Shown here piece by piece: positions 53,491 through 64,000 of a stretch of 64,000 bases of DNA. Made by a program: the position numbers and the translations under genes. This DNA comes from Lama glama (Eukaryota), in NCBI GenBank assembly GCA_028534125.1, contig JAPYYK010000093.1, positions 992,001 to 1,056,000 on the forward strand, read 5' to 3'. Below the pieces are notes generated by a model that saw nothing but the letters and a program-made list of their open reading frames with translations, was not told the origin of the DNA and made no database searches. Every line of letters starts with the position of its first letter. The stretch's first letter is position 1.

Positions 53491-53709
53491 GGGCTGGAAC
53501 ACAGAGGACAAAAGATTAGGCTGCTCGCCCCGCCCCGCCCTCCCGGCCTGCCCCCGTCTCCCTTCTGGCCCGCCCGCACCGCCACCTCTCAGTCCCTGCC
53601 CGCCGCCCGTGCGCCCCGGGACCCAGACCTGCGAGCGCGACCCGCTCTCTCCAGCCACCGCCGTCTGGCCGAGCCCCAGCTCCGGAGCTGCCGCTGCCGC
53701 TGCCGGGAC

Positions 53710-53729
53710 ATGGTCCTCTGCGTTCAGGG
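53710..53729 (+). CDS. CISH: CISH coding exon 1 (MVLCVQG)
   Basis: gacATGGTCCTCTGCGTTCAGGG|gtaagc. Confidence 0.96.
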
Positions 53730-56620
53730 GTAAGCGCTGTTCTTCGCCCCCGCCCAGCCTCCGAGCTGGCACAAGGCAGGGTACTGGCCTCCGTGCTAGG
53801 TGCCGAGTATTAAGAGAGCCTGACGGGTCAGAAAGCGCCGGAAAGACCTCGGAAGTGACAATAGGGAGGGGTGACAACATCGTCACCACCTCTACTCGCA
53901 CCGTGGGTAGGGAAACTGAGGGTCGACTGGCGACGGGAGAAACACAGGGTAGGCTAAGCTGGGGTTCAGGCCGGAGCAGGTAGACGCCTCAGGCAGCGCG
54001 GACTTCAAGACTTGGCTCACCTGCCCAGACCCCCTTCTGGGCCCAGAAAGCTCTACTCTGGCCTGCTGGCATACTGGTGACCTTGGGCCAGCCCCTGCCC
54101 CTCTCTGTCCTGTCATCAACTCTCCTGCTAGCAATTAGGCTCTTCTGGAGAAGCCAGCCTGAAATCCTTGACTCTCCTCAGGGTGGCACCTGCTAAACAA
54201 GCAGCTCTTGGGAGAGCCTAGGTTTAGCCCCGTCCTGTCTGGGGCACCCCCACAATAGCTTCACCCCTCCTCTCAGCCCAGTCTGGGATCCCAGTGTGAG
54301 AAGGAACTTGGCTTCTGCCCCGCTTTCTCCAAGTTTCCCAAAGACTTGCGGGGGTGGGCACTGATAAGACCTCTTGGCCTCAGCTAAGCATTCTTAGCAC
54401 GTTCTTTCTGCCCAGAGCCTCAGGGACCCCTTCAACCAAGGGGTCTGATGCTCTCCAGACTGATCTGACAGGAGCTCAGAAAGCTCCAGGGAGAGAGAAA
54501 GATGTGAGTGGGTGCTCCACAGACAGGGAAAGCTCAGTGGCCCAGTGGCTGCTGTTATCAAAACTGGCATGGTACCAAATGAGGAAGGGTGGAAGGTGGA
54601 GCGAGGCTCAAGTACCCCTTGTTCTGAGCAGTCCTGTTTCCAGGGAGGAGTCCTGGAGGTGATAGGAAGACTGGACATAATTCAGTATTTCTCCTTAATT
54701 GTCTCCAGTATCTCCCTTCCTCCTCTCTGAATTTTGGGATTCTAGAACACCTTCCCACACCCCCACTGCCTTTGTTTTCAGGAACCCCCCAATTCTGGGG
54801 TCCCACCCTCTCTTTCACTTTGCTCCAGCTGAAGATGCCCTTGGAACCTCAGATGCTGGGTGTCAGGGAGTGAGATTTTTAAGACCTACACATACACACA
54901 CAGCCACAGACCAGCTGGTGCCCTCCGGAGGAAGGGAGCAGGGATTCTCAACTGTAGGTCTGGGTTGTCGGCTTTGCTGAAGGATCCCCCCTCAGGGCTG
55001 TTTGCCCTCATTGGCTTGGTCCCCAGGCAGAACTCACAGGCTGAGCTCCATAGCAGGCACACACACGTACAGGCCACCCACACCTGGAACACACCAGCCA
55101 CCGCCCCCACCATGATGATGACACAGCTGTGGACACACCCCTCCCAGATATACACTCACCAGGAGCTTGTGGTGACCAATACAGCCATTCACACACCCAG
55201 ACACCATGTTGGCCCTAGAGGTACCCACATTCACATGTGCCCTGCTAAACTCCGGGGGCTCCATCTGGCGTGACCAACTAGCAGCCTACCCTACTTCGAG
55301 AAGTCTCCTGGGCCTGAGCTGAGCCCTGGATCCCAGCAGGCAGGCCACCAGTCAGTTCCTCGGAACTCAGCCTCCAGCTCCCCAAAAGGGATTCCAGGGC
55401 TCTGTAGTGCAGTGGGAGTCGGGGTGGAGAAGTATTAGCAGGCTGTGGTGTGCCAGGTTCTTGGGGCCCCTTCTCCTCAAAGTGATCATGGGGCCCTGAT
55501 TTGTTCAAATTTTCTAAGAGTCACCTATAACCTACACTGCCAGATCTGGTTCCTGTGTCTGGCTCCTGCTGTCGGCTCCTGCCCACCTCTTCCTGCCTCA
55601 TAGGCAATACCTGGCAGTGTTTACCCATGCCATCATTTCTGCCTGCAGTCCCTTCCCCACTACTCCTCCCTTTGGCCTAGCAAACTCAGCACAGGAGCAG
55701 GCAGACCCTGACTTCCCCATGACATTCTTTGCTTTTATGACTTTGGATTGTTAGTTCTCCTTTAGGGCAGGGCCCAGGGTTTCATTACCTTGGTGTCCTG
55801 AGATCCAGCAAGGGACCAGACCCAGAACTTAGGCCTAAGGATTTTGTGACGAGGAGAGGACAAGCAGTCTTCCTTGGGAACCAGGACCATGCCCCTCACT
55901 CCCAGGAAGCCCCAGGATCACCATGCTGGGTGGGTTTCCCCTAAAGGGAAGCTACTGCTCCAGTTGCAGCCAGCTCAACAACCCAACTCTAGCCATCTGA
56001 GAATATAATGCGGCCAAACCCCTCAGTGTCTGGGCTGCTAGGAACCCTCATGGAGAGGGGTGGGGCACGGGTAGAGAAGCTGAGGTCTAGGGAAGAGCAA
56101 GGTTTGTATACGATCTAGTGCCTGGTAGGGAAGGCTTGTCAGGGTGCGATCCAGAAGGTGGAACGAGCACCCTGCCCTTCAGTGGCAGCTTGTGTTTATG
56201 GGAGGTGGGACTTGCCAGCACCTTTAGAGGCTACTGTCTACCCCAGACCCTCAGCTGGAGGAACAGAGAAAAGGATGGGAGTCTGATCTGTTTGGGGAGA
56301 CTATTCTGGCCTCTAAGCCCTGGTTAGTGTGGACCTAGGTCCCTCCAACAGATACTCTTATCATTGGAGAGGTCACATGTGACCTCAGACATCCTACCAT
56401 AATCTTGGGGCCTCTTGGGAGGACCCCGCACAGGCCCATCCCTTGGCTCAACCAGGACTAGTGCCATTTAATAAGCCCACCACTGCCAGTAGAGCACCAT
56501 TGTAAGGCCTCTTTGCATTGAATCCTATCAGTGTGGTGGAGACACCAACTGGCCACTGTGAGCTAAAAAGGCATATAGGGAATGATCTGTGTATTTGGTT
56601 GGTCCAAAATACAGAGATTA

Positions 56621-56800
56621 CAGTTGGCCCTCCATAGTGGCAGATGTGAAACCCATGGATACAGAGGGCCCCATGTGTTCAGTGTACCATGCCATTCATA
56701 TAAGGAACTTGAGCATCAGCAGATTTTGGTATCCACAGCAGCTCCTGGAATCAGTCCCCACAAACTAGAATCAGTCCCCATGAATACTGAGGGACGATTG
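56621..56800 (-). mobile_element. MER2-type Tigger/TcMar DNA transposon MITE, internally deleted, in CISH intron 1
   Basis: TA target-site duplication on both sides; terminal inverted repeats CAGTTGGCCCTC / GAGGGACGATTG; MER2-like internal sequence ggataccaaaatc...gatgctcaagtt. Confidence 0.8.
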
Positions 56801-57067
56801 TAATTACTGTTTAATAAATGTGGGAGGGCGGAGAAGTCTCTTTCAAAAGAGGGCTCATATGTGGGGAAAGTAATCAAGGTGCCTTTAGTGATGACAAGTG
56901 GGAAGTGGGGTACTGGTCTCATTGAGCCCATGGGTGGGCAGAGGAGAAACTGGGATTCATAGTGAGACAGACTGGAAGGAGGTCATGTGCCAGTTTGGGG
57001 CATAGGGGATCCCTGGAAATAGGGAGAACACAGGGCCTCCACTCACTGCCCATCTACCTTCTTCTAG

Positions 57068-57288
57068 ACCTTGTCCTTTGCTGGCTGTGGAGCAGATCGG
57101 GCAGCGGCCTCTGTGGGCCCAGTCCCTGGAGCTGCCCGAACCAGCTATGCAGCCTTTGCCTGCTGGCGCCTTCCTGGAGGAGGCAGCCGACGAGACCCAA
57201 GCCAAGTCAGAGAGTGAGCCCAAGGTTCTGGACCCTGAGGAGGATCTGCTGTGCATAGCCAAGACCTTTTCCTACCTTCGAGAATCTG
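57068..57288 (+). CDS. CISH: CISH coding exon 2 ([21 protein letters not shown]...[14 protein letters not shown])
   Basis: tag| acceptor, G|gtgagt donor, 221 nt. Confidence 0.96.
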
Positions 57289-57523
57289 GTGAGTCTGAGG
57301 AGGAAGACAGGCCTTGTCCTGGAAAGTCTGATAGGAGAAGTTTAGTTCTGCCTTTTGAGTCTAATTTGAGAGACATGGCCCTGCCCAGAAGAGTCTGATG
57401 GGGGAGGTACAGCCCTCCCTAGGGACATATGAAGGGAGAAGCTGAGCCTTGCCCTGCCCTGGGTTGGTGCCCCCAGCTAATTTCCACTGTGACCATTTTC
57501 TTGCCCCCTCTACACTTGCCTAG

Positions 57524-58047
57524 GCTGGTATTGGGGTTCCATTACGGCCAGCGAGGCCCGGCAACACCTGCAGAGGATGCCAGAGGGCACATTCCTAGTA
57601 CGCGACAGCACCCACCCCAGCTACCTGTTCACACTGTCTGTCAAAACCACCCGCGGCCCCACCAACGTGCGCATTGAGTATGCAGACTCCAGCTTCCGCC
57701 TGGACTCCAACTGCCTGTCCAGGCCGCGCATCCTGGCCTTCCCAGATGTGGTCAGCCTTGTCCAGCACTATGTGGCCTCCTGTGCTGCAGATACCCGAAG
57801 CGACAGTCCTGACCCTGCACCTACCCCGGCTCTGTCTACCCCTAAGGAAGATGTGCCTGGTGACCCAGCACTGCCTGCTACTGCTGTGCACCTAAAACTG
57901 GTGCAGCCCTTTGTGCGCAGAAGCAGTACCCGAAGCCTGCAGCACCTGTGCCGCCTCGTCATCAACCGTCTGGTGGCTGACGTGGACTGCCTCCCACTGC
58001 CCCGGCGCATGGCTGACTACCTCCGACAGTACCCCTTCCAGCTCTGA
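57524..58047 (+). CDS. CISH: CISH coding exon 3: SH2 domain (WYWG...FLVRDS), PEST insert and SOCS box ([11 protein letters not shown]...[18 protein letters not shown])
   Basis: tag| acceptor and TGA at 58045-58047. Total CDS is 765 nt (254 aa). Confidence 0.98.
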
Positions 58048-58519
58048 CCTGTCCAGGCATCGCCTAGCCTCACCCAGCCAGATCCTAGAGGGGATGCCGG
58101 CCCTAGCTGGACTTGGGCTCCCACTATCCCTCCTCCAGTCATCCTGGTGCCTGCATGCATCTGGCAGCTGGACCAGGAAGAGTCAGCAGGAGCAAAGCTT
58201 GGGGCCAGGGGTAGGGGGAAGTGTCACATGACTTGGAGGTCAGCAGCCATTGTGGTGGGCCATCTGTCAGAAGACAGGGAGACAGGCAGGACCTCGTTTC
58301 ACCCTGTGGGCTGGGCCCAGGCTCCCACTTCCCTACTGTGGCCTCCTGAACTGCATAGACTTGGCTGGCCCTGGTTTCTCAGTCCACAGAGTGGGGCAGG
58401 CCCCCTCCTTCCAGCCAGCCTCTGTCTCAGGGAGGATGGGAGCCAGAGGAACTGAGGTCAACAGTGACAGTCCCCTGATGGGAGAGCAGGCCAGGCTGAA
58501 GGACTGCACAGTTATACAG

Positions 58520-58535
58520 TATTTATTTATTTATT
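58520..58535 (+). promoter_or_regulatory. CISH: AU-rich element in the CISH 3'UTR
   Basis: TATTTATTTATTTATT: three overlapping AUUUA and two UUAUUUAUU nonamers. Confidence 0.85.
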
Positions 58536-59084
58536 CTCCTTGGGTTGATCTCAGCGTGAGCCAACCATACCTCTCTGCCCTGAGCCCTGAGTGCTCCAGA
58601 GACCCCAGCCCTGCCCCAGCTTCTCCAGCTCCTCCTGGTGGAGAGCCCCATTCTGAGATGTGTTGCTGGACCCAAGGCAGTCCTGGATGTCCTGGCGCTG
58701 CCCCACCCCCTGTGAAAGTGTCCACTCTCTTCTGCCCCCAACCTTGTTTTGGGAGATTGGGCAAATGGACAAGAAAATGGAGCCAAGGCATTAGAGCCCA
58801 ACAGAGCTGGCTGCTCACCCCCTCGCAGGGCAGAGCCCTGCCTGCACAGAGCTGGTCTCGCTGGGGCATAGGCCCTGCATGAGTGCGGGTACTGGGCTGG
58901 TGGGGAGGACATGCTACTTTGAGAGCTGCTTCTCCAGTTCTTCTGGGTCTGTTTCCTGCCCAGGAAGGTACCTGCACGTGAGAGAGGAAAAGAAATACAT
59001 ATCTGAGAAGAATTTATAAAGTGATTATTACTTTGAAAAACAGTTTGGTAGTCTTTTTTTTTTCACTGATTTTTCTGTAACGAC

Positions 59085-59090
59085 AATAAA
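59085..59090 (+). terminator. CISH: CISH polyadenylation signal AATAAA
   Basis: AATAAA preceded by U-rich sequence and TGTA, about 1 kb after the stop codon. Confidence 0.85.
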
Positions 59091-59347
59091 ATTGTATCTT
59101 TCACTTACAGAGCCCTCAGTGGGGCCTCTTTTGAGTTCTGCACAGTTTGTCCCCTTCAATCTTATTATTGTTATCCCCCACTTTATATCTGGGTCAGCAG
59201 AGGCCCGGAGACCTATGTGGCTGAGCAGCCCTGCTAGTGGACCACTGAAGAGTGGAGGGGGCAGGGAATGGCCTTTCTCCACTCCTTCCCTCTTGTTCCC
59301 TCTGGAGGGTGGGAGGCAGGAGGTAAAGGCCAGTTGGATTGCCTGCA

Positions 59348-59379
59348 GGGTTAGGGTTAGGGTTAGGGTTAGGGCAGGG
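59348..59379 (+). repeat. Interstitial telomeric repeat GGG(TTAGGG)4CAGGG
   Basis: Four perfect TTAGGG units at 59351-59374. Confidence 0.95.
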
Positions 59380-61229
59380 TCCAGGTTTGGGGTGGTGGCA
59401 GAGGAGCATCAGACCTGATAGAGGTACAGACAGGAGATGTCAATTAAAGACAAAGTGGAGAATTCTGGGGGGAATGGGTGCTATGGACAGCTCCAGGAGC
59501 CAGTGTCTTTTGAGATGAGGAGGCCAACAGTCAGAGAAGTCAGGGCCAGTCACTTTACAGGGAGTGCAAAGGCACCAGGGCATGACTGGGAAGCTCATAT
59601 TCCCAACCACAAGGAGGCCTGGGGAAGGGTCATTCTGTGCAGCGCTGCAGACAGTTGAGTTGGGGATGGTGGCCAGTAAGCTGGCAGAATCTGACCTGAG
59701 GTGTGGTGATGGGGTTTGGGCCCAGCTGGCTGGGGTTTGAGGACTCTCTTCTCACACTCAGGGTCCTGGACACCAGAAGTAGGTGGAAGAGCAACTAAAA
59801 TGTAAACACTCTCCATTGTCTGATGGTCTGATCTTGGAGCACTTCAGCACCTGGAATCCCACTATGTCCTGAAATTTTCTGCCCCTTTACTTGAGTACCT
59901 CACAGGAAAGCTCCTCTGAACCTCATTCATAGCCTTTTAACACTTAGTTTAGAAATAGTTCTAACCTTTCTATTTTCTTAGCCTCTAGGCAATTAGAAGT
60001 TACAGCTGAGAAGAGGCAAATGCTGGCAGGTTGGAAGCAGGAAGGTGTGAGGAGTGACATGTTGATAAGGAGGAGGCAGGAAAGGATAAAAAGCAAGAAC
60101 TATGGAGGCATAGGACCTTGAAGGCATGGAGATATTTGTGGCCAAGAAAGGACCTGCTACTGGGTAAGAGTGAGTGAGAGGTGGGTGAGGGCTCTCTGTA
60201 CTGGGAGTGGGGCCCAGGCCCACATGTCCTGCCTGGCACTTTGTTGCTGGCTGCAGGGCCCGACAGCAGCCCTCCTCCAGGTCACCATGGCCCTGCCAGT
60301 GATGTCTTTGGTTCCTCATTGTTTCAGCCTGGATCTCAGCCCCTTGGTGACTCCCAGAATGCCTGAGGTGACCCCTCTGTCTGCTCCACCCCCAGATCAA
60401 GTACCAGTAGTGGGGTAGTGGACACAGAGCAGTCAAAGGCAGGCTATTTCCCACCTGGTGCCATGGCCCAGACAAAAAGCTGCTGGAGCAGGAGGAAGCC
60501 CTTTGTTGTCCACAGAAGGGAGATGTCTCAGGGTGCCCGCCGGGTGCTGGCAATGGACAAAGGCTTTGCACTTTATGTCATGTTCACCACAACCCTGGGA
60601 GTGTCTAAACATTACCCATACTCCATAGTTGAGGAAACTGAGGCCCAGAGGGGGCAGGGGACTGTCTGAGGAGGTGAGGCAAAGAACAGAGCTAACCCTT
60701 CAGGATCCCGACTACCCACCTGTCCCTGCACTACAGGAGGCAGCAAAGACAGGCGGCTGGGGGGCAGCTTTCAGGCAAGCTGTTCTTGAATGCTGGTTTT
60801 ATCCCTGTGTCCCTGCCTGCTAAGACCTGCTAAGGTCTCTGGAACCAGTGGCCTAGACAACAGGGTCCTATCCCCCTCATCCTCACCTTAGCCCAAGCCA
60901 GGGTCTAGCTCTTGCCTAAGGAGGAGCTGGCAGCTACTTCTGATCTGCAAGATTTTTCTGCTTCAGTCTTCTTTTCACGTTTACCTATCAGGGGAGTGAG
61001 TGATGCCTGCCTAGAACAGGATTAGTGGAAGGCATGTCATTGGGCCCCAGCCCCAAGTCAGAGACCCAGACTAACAGATGCTGAAAATCCTCTGGTCACT
61101 GCAGTCACCCCTGGGTGGTTCTGGGCTGGTGAAAGGAGCACACACTGGCTGGGAAGAAAGATACCACATACAAACAATAACTGGTGGTAACCCATTACCA
61201 ATTAAATCCTTTCCCAGTGCATGTGCTCT

Positions 61230-61810
61230 TTGGGCACCAACTAGGCCAGACTTCACCCAGGCCCTGGGGTCACAGCAGGGAACAAGATGGACACATTCCT
61301 CAACCTTGTGGGGCTCATGGGCTGGTGGGTGACAGATAATAAACAAGTAGACAAATGGGCACTCAGGACAGGTTTTGAGAGTGAAATGAAAGCAAAGCAA
61401 GGGGCAGGGAAGAGAGTGGCTTTGGGTGGTGGGGACATTGCCGCAAATGAGAGGGTTGGGGAAAGCTCTGGAGCAGGGTGGCACTGATCCTGGACATCCA
61501 AACAAAGAGCAGGAGCTGGTTATGCAGACAACTTAGAGAAAGGATATCCAGGTGGAAGGAGCTGCCAGGGAACTGCCCCGAAGCAAGAACAAACCTGGTA
61601 AGATCAGGAGTAAGAAGTCTGGGATGGCTGCCCAGGAGAGCTGAAGAGACAGGATGGGTGGAGAGGGCAGAGGGAGCACATGGACTGTGTTCTGGTGTGG
61701 TGGAGCATTTCTTCAGAGTTTAGAAAGGAAATGCTATGATCTGATACTCATTTCTAAGGGGTGAACCTGTTAGCTGAATGGGGATGGCCTAATGAGGGCC
61801 TGGGGGCTGG
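61230..61810 (-). mobile_element. Degenerate LINE-2 3' fragment
   Basis: gggcaccaactaggccagac...gccctggggtcacagcagggaacaag...gctatgatctgatactcatttct, similar to the reverse complement of L2. Boundaries approximate. Confidence 0.6.
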
Positions 61811-64000
61811 AGCCCAGAAAGGAGGTTGAGAGGTATGGGATATGGCAGAATAGGGTGTGGTGGAGAGTGGAGGAGGCGAGGGCTGCAACTAGGTGATCTG
61901 GGTGGGGTTCGTGCCCCATTAAGTTCTCACTGCAGCCTTCCACACCAGCAGAGGTTGTCCCCATTTACAGCAGAAGAGGTAAGTAAGACTCAGAGAGAGA
62001 AACTGTGGCTTTTTCAGGATCACACAGCTTGTGAGGGACAGAGCTGGGGTTCAAACCCTGACTCAGGACGTTGTTTGTGTAACTGCTGCTCTGCTCTGCC
62101 TCCCAGGGGCTGGCATGCTAAAGCCTTGGCACTCACAATGCCCTGGGGGCATGCAGAAGGGGTGGGATGATTCAGGAGGGCTTTCCAGATGAGGGGGCAG
62201 GAGTTAGGGCTAGGGGCTGGGCCCTGGAGGATTCTGCCAGACCAAGGGTAGGTGGATTTAGAGATTGATCCTGTGTGGTGTCCCACCTTGAACTCACGAT
62301 GTCCCTCTAGAAAGACTCTGGGACAGAGGCACTAGGCTATCCAGGTTTCTCTTGTCAATCAATGAAAGGTCTTGCTGGGATGCTTTACTTATGATCACGG
62401 AATGTCCTAACACTCCCTGAATCATCAGGGCCCCTGTACCTGTGTCCAGCTTCTAATCTGCCAACTGAGCAAATCCTGCTGGATCAGAGCCAAAGAAAGG
62501 TCTGAATAGGGCAGGGGTCATGGCTGGGCTGGCTCCACTCTTAGATGGGAACTCTCCCACCCTGCACACCTGGCCCACAGTGAAGTAGAAGGGCAAAGAG
62601 CCTGAAATAAGTCCTGACCAAGAAGACAGGAGGATTCTGGGGACCTCACAAAGGCCCTCTTCCTCCAGAAGAAGTGGAGCCCGTGCAGGCCTGGGCAGCC
62701 CTTTCATGCCAACCTGTTAGACCAGTTTTAATATAAAGCAGGTTGGAGCTTTGCCAGGAATTCAACATCCTCTCCTGGTGAATGTGTCCTCCCCACCTTT
62801 GACTGCAGGGTGTGGGGCCCCCTCCCCAGCTTAGGCAGGCCACACAGCCAGTTGCCCAAGGGGTCATTCCAATGGACAATCTGGGGCAGCAGGCTGGGGC
62901 TCCCACTTCTGAGACTCAAGGTAGAGGAGATTGCTGAAGGTCTAGTCCTGGTGAGCACATCCCCCACATCCTGCTTTTACCCCCACCTTCCCTCAAGTGA
63001 TGCACACAAGTGCATCATGTTCTGTGTACTTGGTTTTGGGGGGTTTCCCGCAAACTCACTAAACCTCAGAAGATTCCTCAGCTATGAAACAGTGACAGCA
63101 CATCTCTCAGAGGGGACAGGGGGCCCCCAGGAGGGTTTATTTGAGGTGATACGGAGGAAAGTCTGAGACAGTTCAACCTGGCAGCACGGCAGCTGTCACT
63201 GTAACTATTTCTTGTCCATTGTTTTAATCCCCTTTGAGAGGTGGGCCAGGCAGGTGGGCCCCTGAGGGCCTCATGGGGCCTGCAGGGCAGCTGGCTGGAA
63301 CTCTCCATAGCTATAAGCAGCCCTTCACCCCACCAGCTCTGATGTTGCCCTCTCTTCCAGCCCAGCCCTTCACCCTAAGGCGTCATATGCCAACCAAGGC
63401 CTTGGGTTCTAGTCCTTGTGAATAGACCTATTGTCTGGTCTCTGCATGGGCTGGGGTGGAGGCTAAGCCAGTCGAACTGTCTAGCAACTTCTCTTGTAGC
63501 TCCAGTAGAGACTAGGCCATCTGCTACCCTTGCCCACACCTGGAAGATGGGATTCCCTCAGGCCTGTTACTCTCCCAGCCCTCAGTGGTCTGTGCCCTCA
63601 GAGGTAAGTTATAAGTGAGGGAGGTAAGCTGGGTAGTTGCCTCTGGGTCTGTCCTATTTCAAAGCTGCAAGCCTGAGACCCAGAGAGGCAGAGTCACCCA
63701 GACACCCAGAAAGGAAGCAGGCATATGGGGTTGGAACCCAGGGCTTTGAATCCCAGGCCAGGACTTGTCCCCCTCCACCCTAGAACTCTTGAACTTGAGT
63801 CGGCTGCCTTCTGGCAACTTGAATGGCCTGGTTCAAGGTCCCCCAGACTCCCTTTGTCCAGACCTGGACTCTTCACTGCCCTCTAGACATGCCTCCACTC
63901 TCCTCCCATCTTGGAGATAACCCTCACATTCAACTCCCTAGCCTGTTGATTTCCAAGTCCCTCTCCTTTGCCCCTCATCCCTCTCAAGCTATCCTTTTGC

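Larger units (their letters stand above)
53230..54000 (+). promoter_or_regulatory. CISH: CISH CpG island promoter
   Basis: CpG-rich. CRE-like GTCACGTCA at 53246-53254, two ATTGG (CCAAT) boxes, GC boxes at about 53526-53539. Confidence 0.9.

Noticed and set aside
54143-55365. Two STAT6-type TTCN4GAA sites in CISH intron 1
   Set aside because: About one is expected by chance in a 3.3-kb intron. Plausible but unsupported.
58250-58977. ORFs of 130-210 aa in the CISH 3'UTR
   Set aside because: No recognisable homology, and they overlap the ARE and UTR.
59400-64000. HEMK1 exons expected from synteny
   Set aside because: No recognisable HEMK1 coding sequence; the gene probably lies beyond the right edge of the window.

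Overview
Mammalian genomic DNA covering the conserved DOCK3-MAPKAPK3-CISH block, in reverse orientation relative to human 3p21.2. From left to right: DOCK3 CpG-island promoter and first coding exon (minus strand, MWTPTEEEKYGV); about 20 kb of repeat-rich intergenic DNA; the complete MAPKAPK3 gene (minus strand, 10 coding exons, 1155 nt, 384 aa); and, head-to-head with it, the complete CISH gene (plus strand, 3 coding exons, 765 nt, 254 aa) with a four-site STAT5 promoter and a 3'UTR AU-rich element. Two tRNA-Ala-derived SINEs suggest a camelid (vic-1-type SINE). There are two 132-N assembly gaps. I see no evidence of a novel multi-gene system, and most ORFs in the six-frame track look spurious. 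The most interesting observations are a disabled orthologue of the human CISH alternative exon 1b, a gap at the position of the MIR4787 hairpin in the DOCK3 5'UTR, a short telomeric insertion with a flanking direct repeat behind the CISH polyA site, a palindromic four-site K50-homeodomain cluster, and nested transposon insertions. Gene and repeat identities come from recalled sequences, not database searches.
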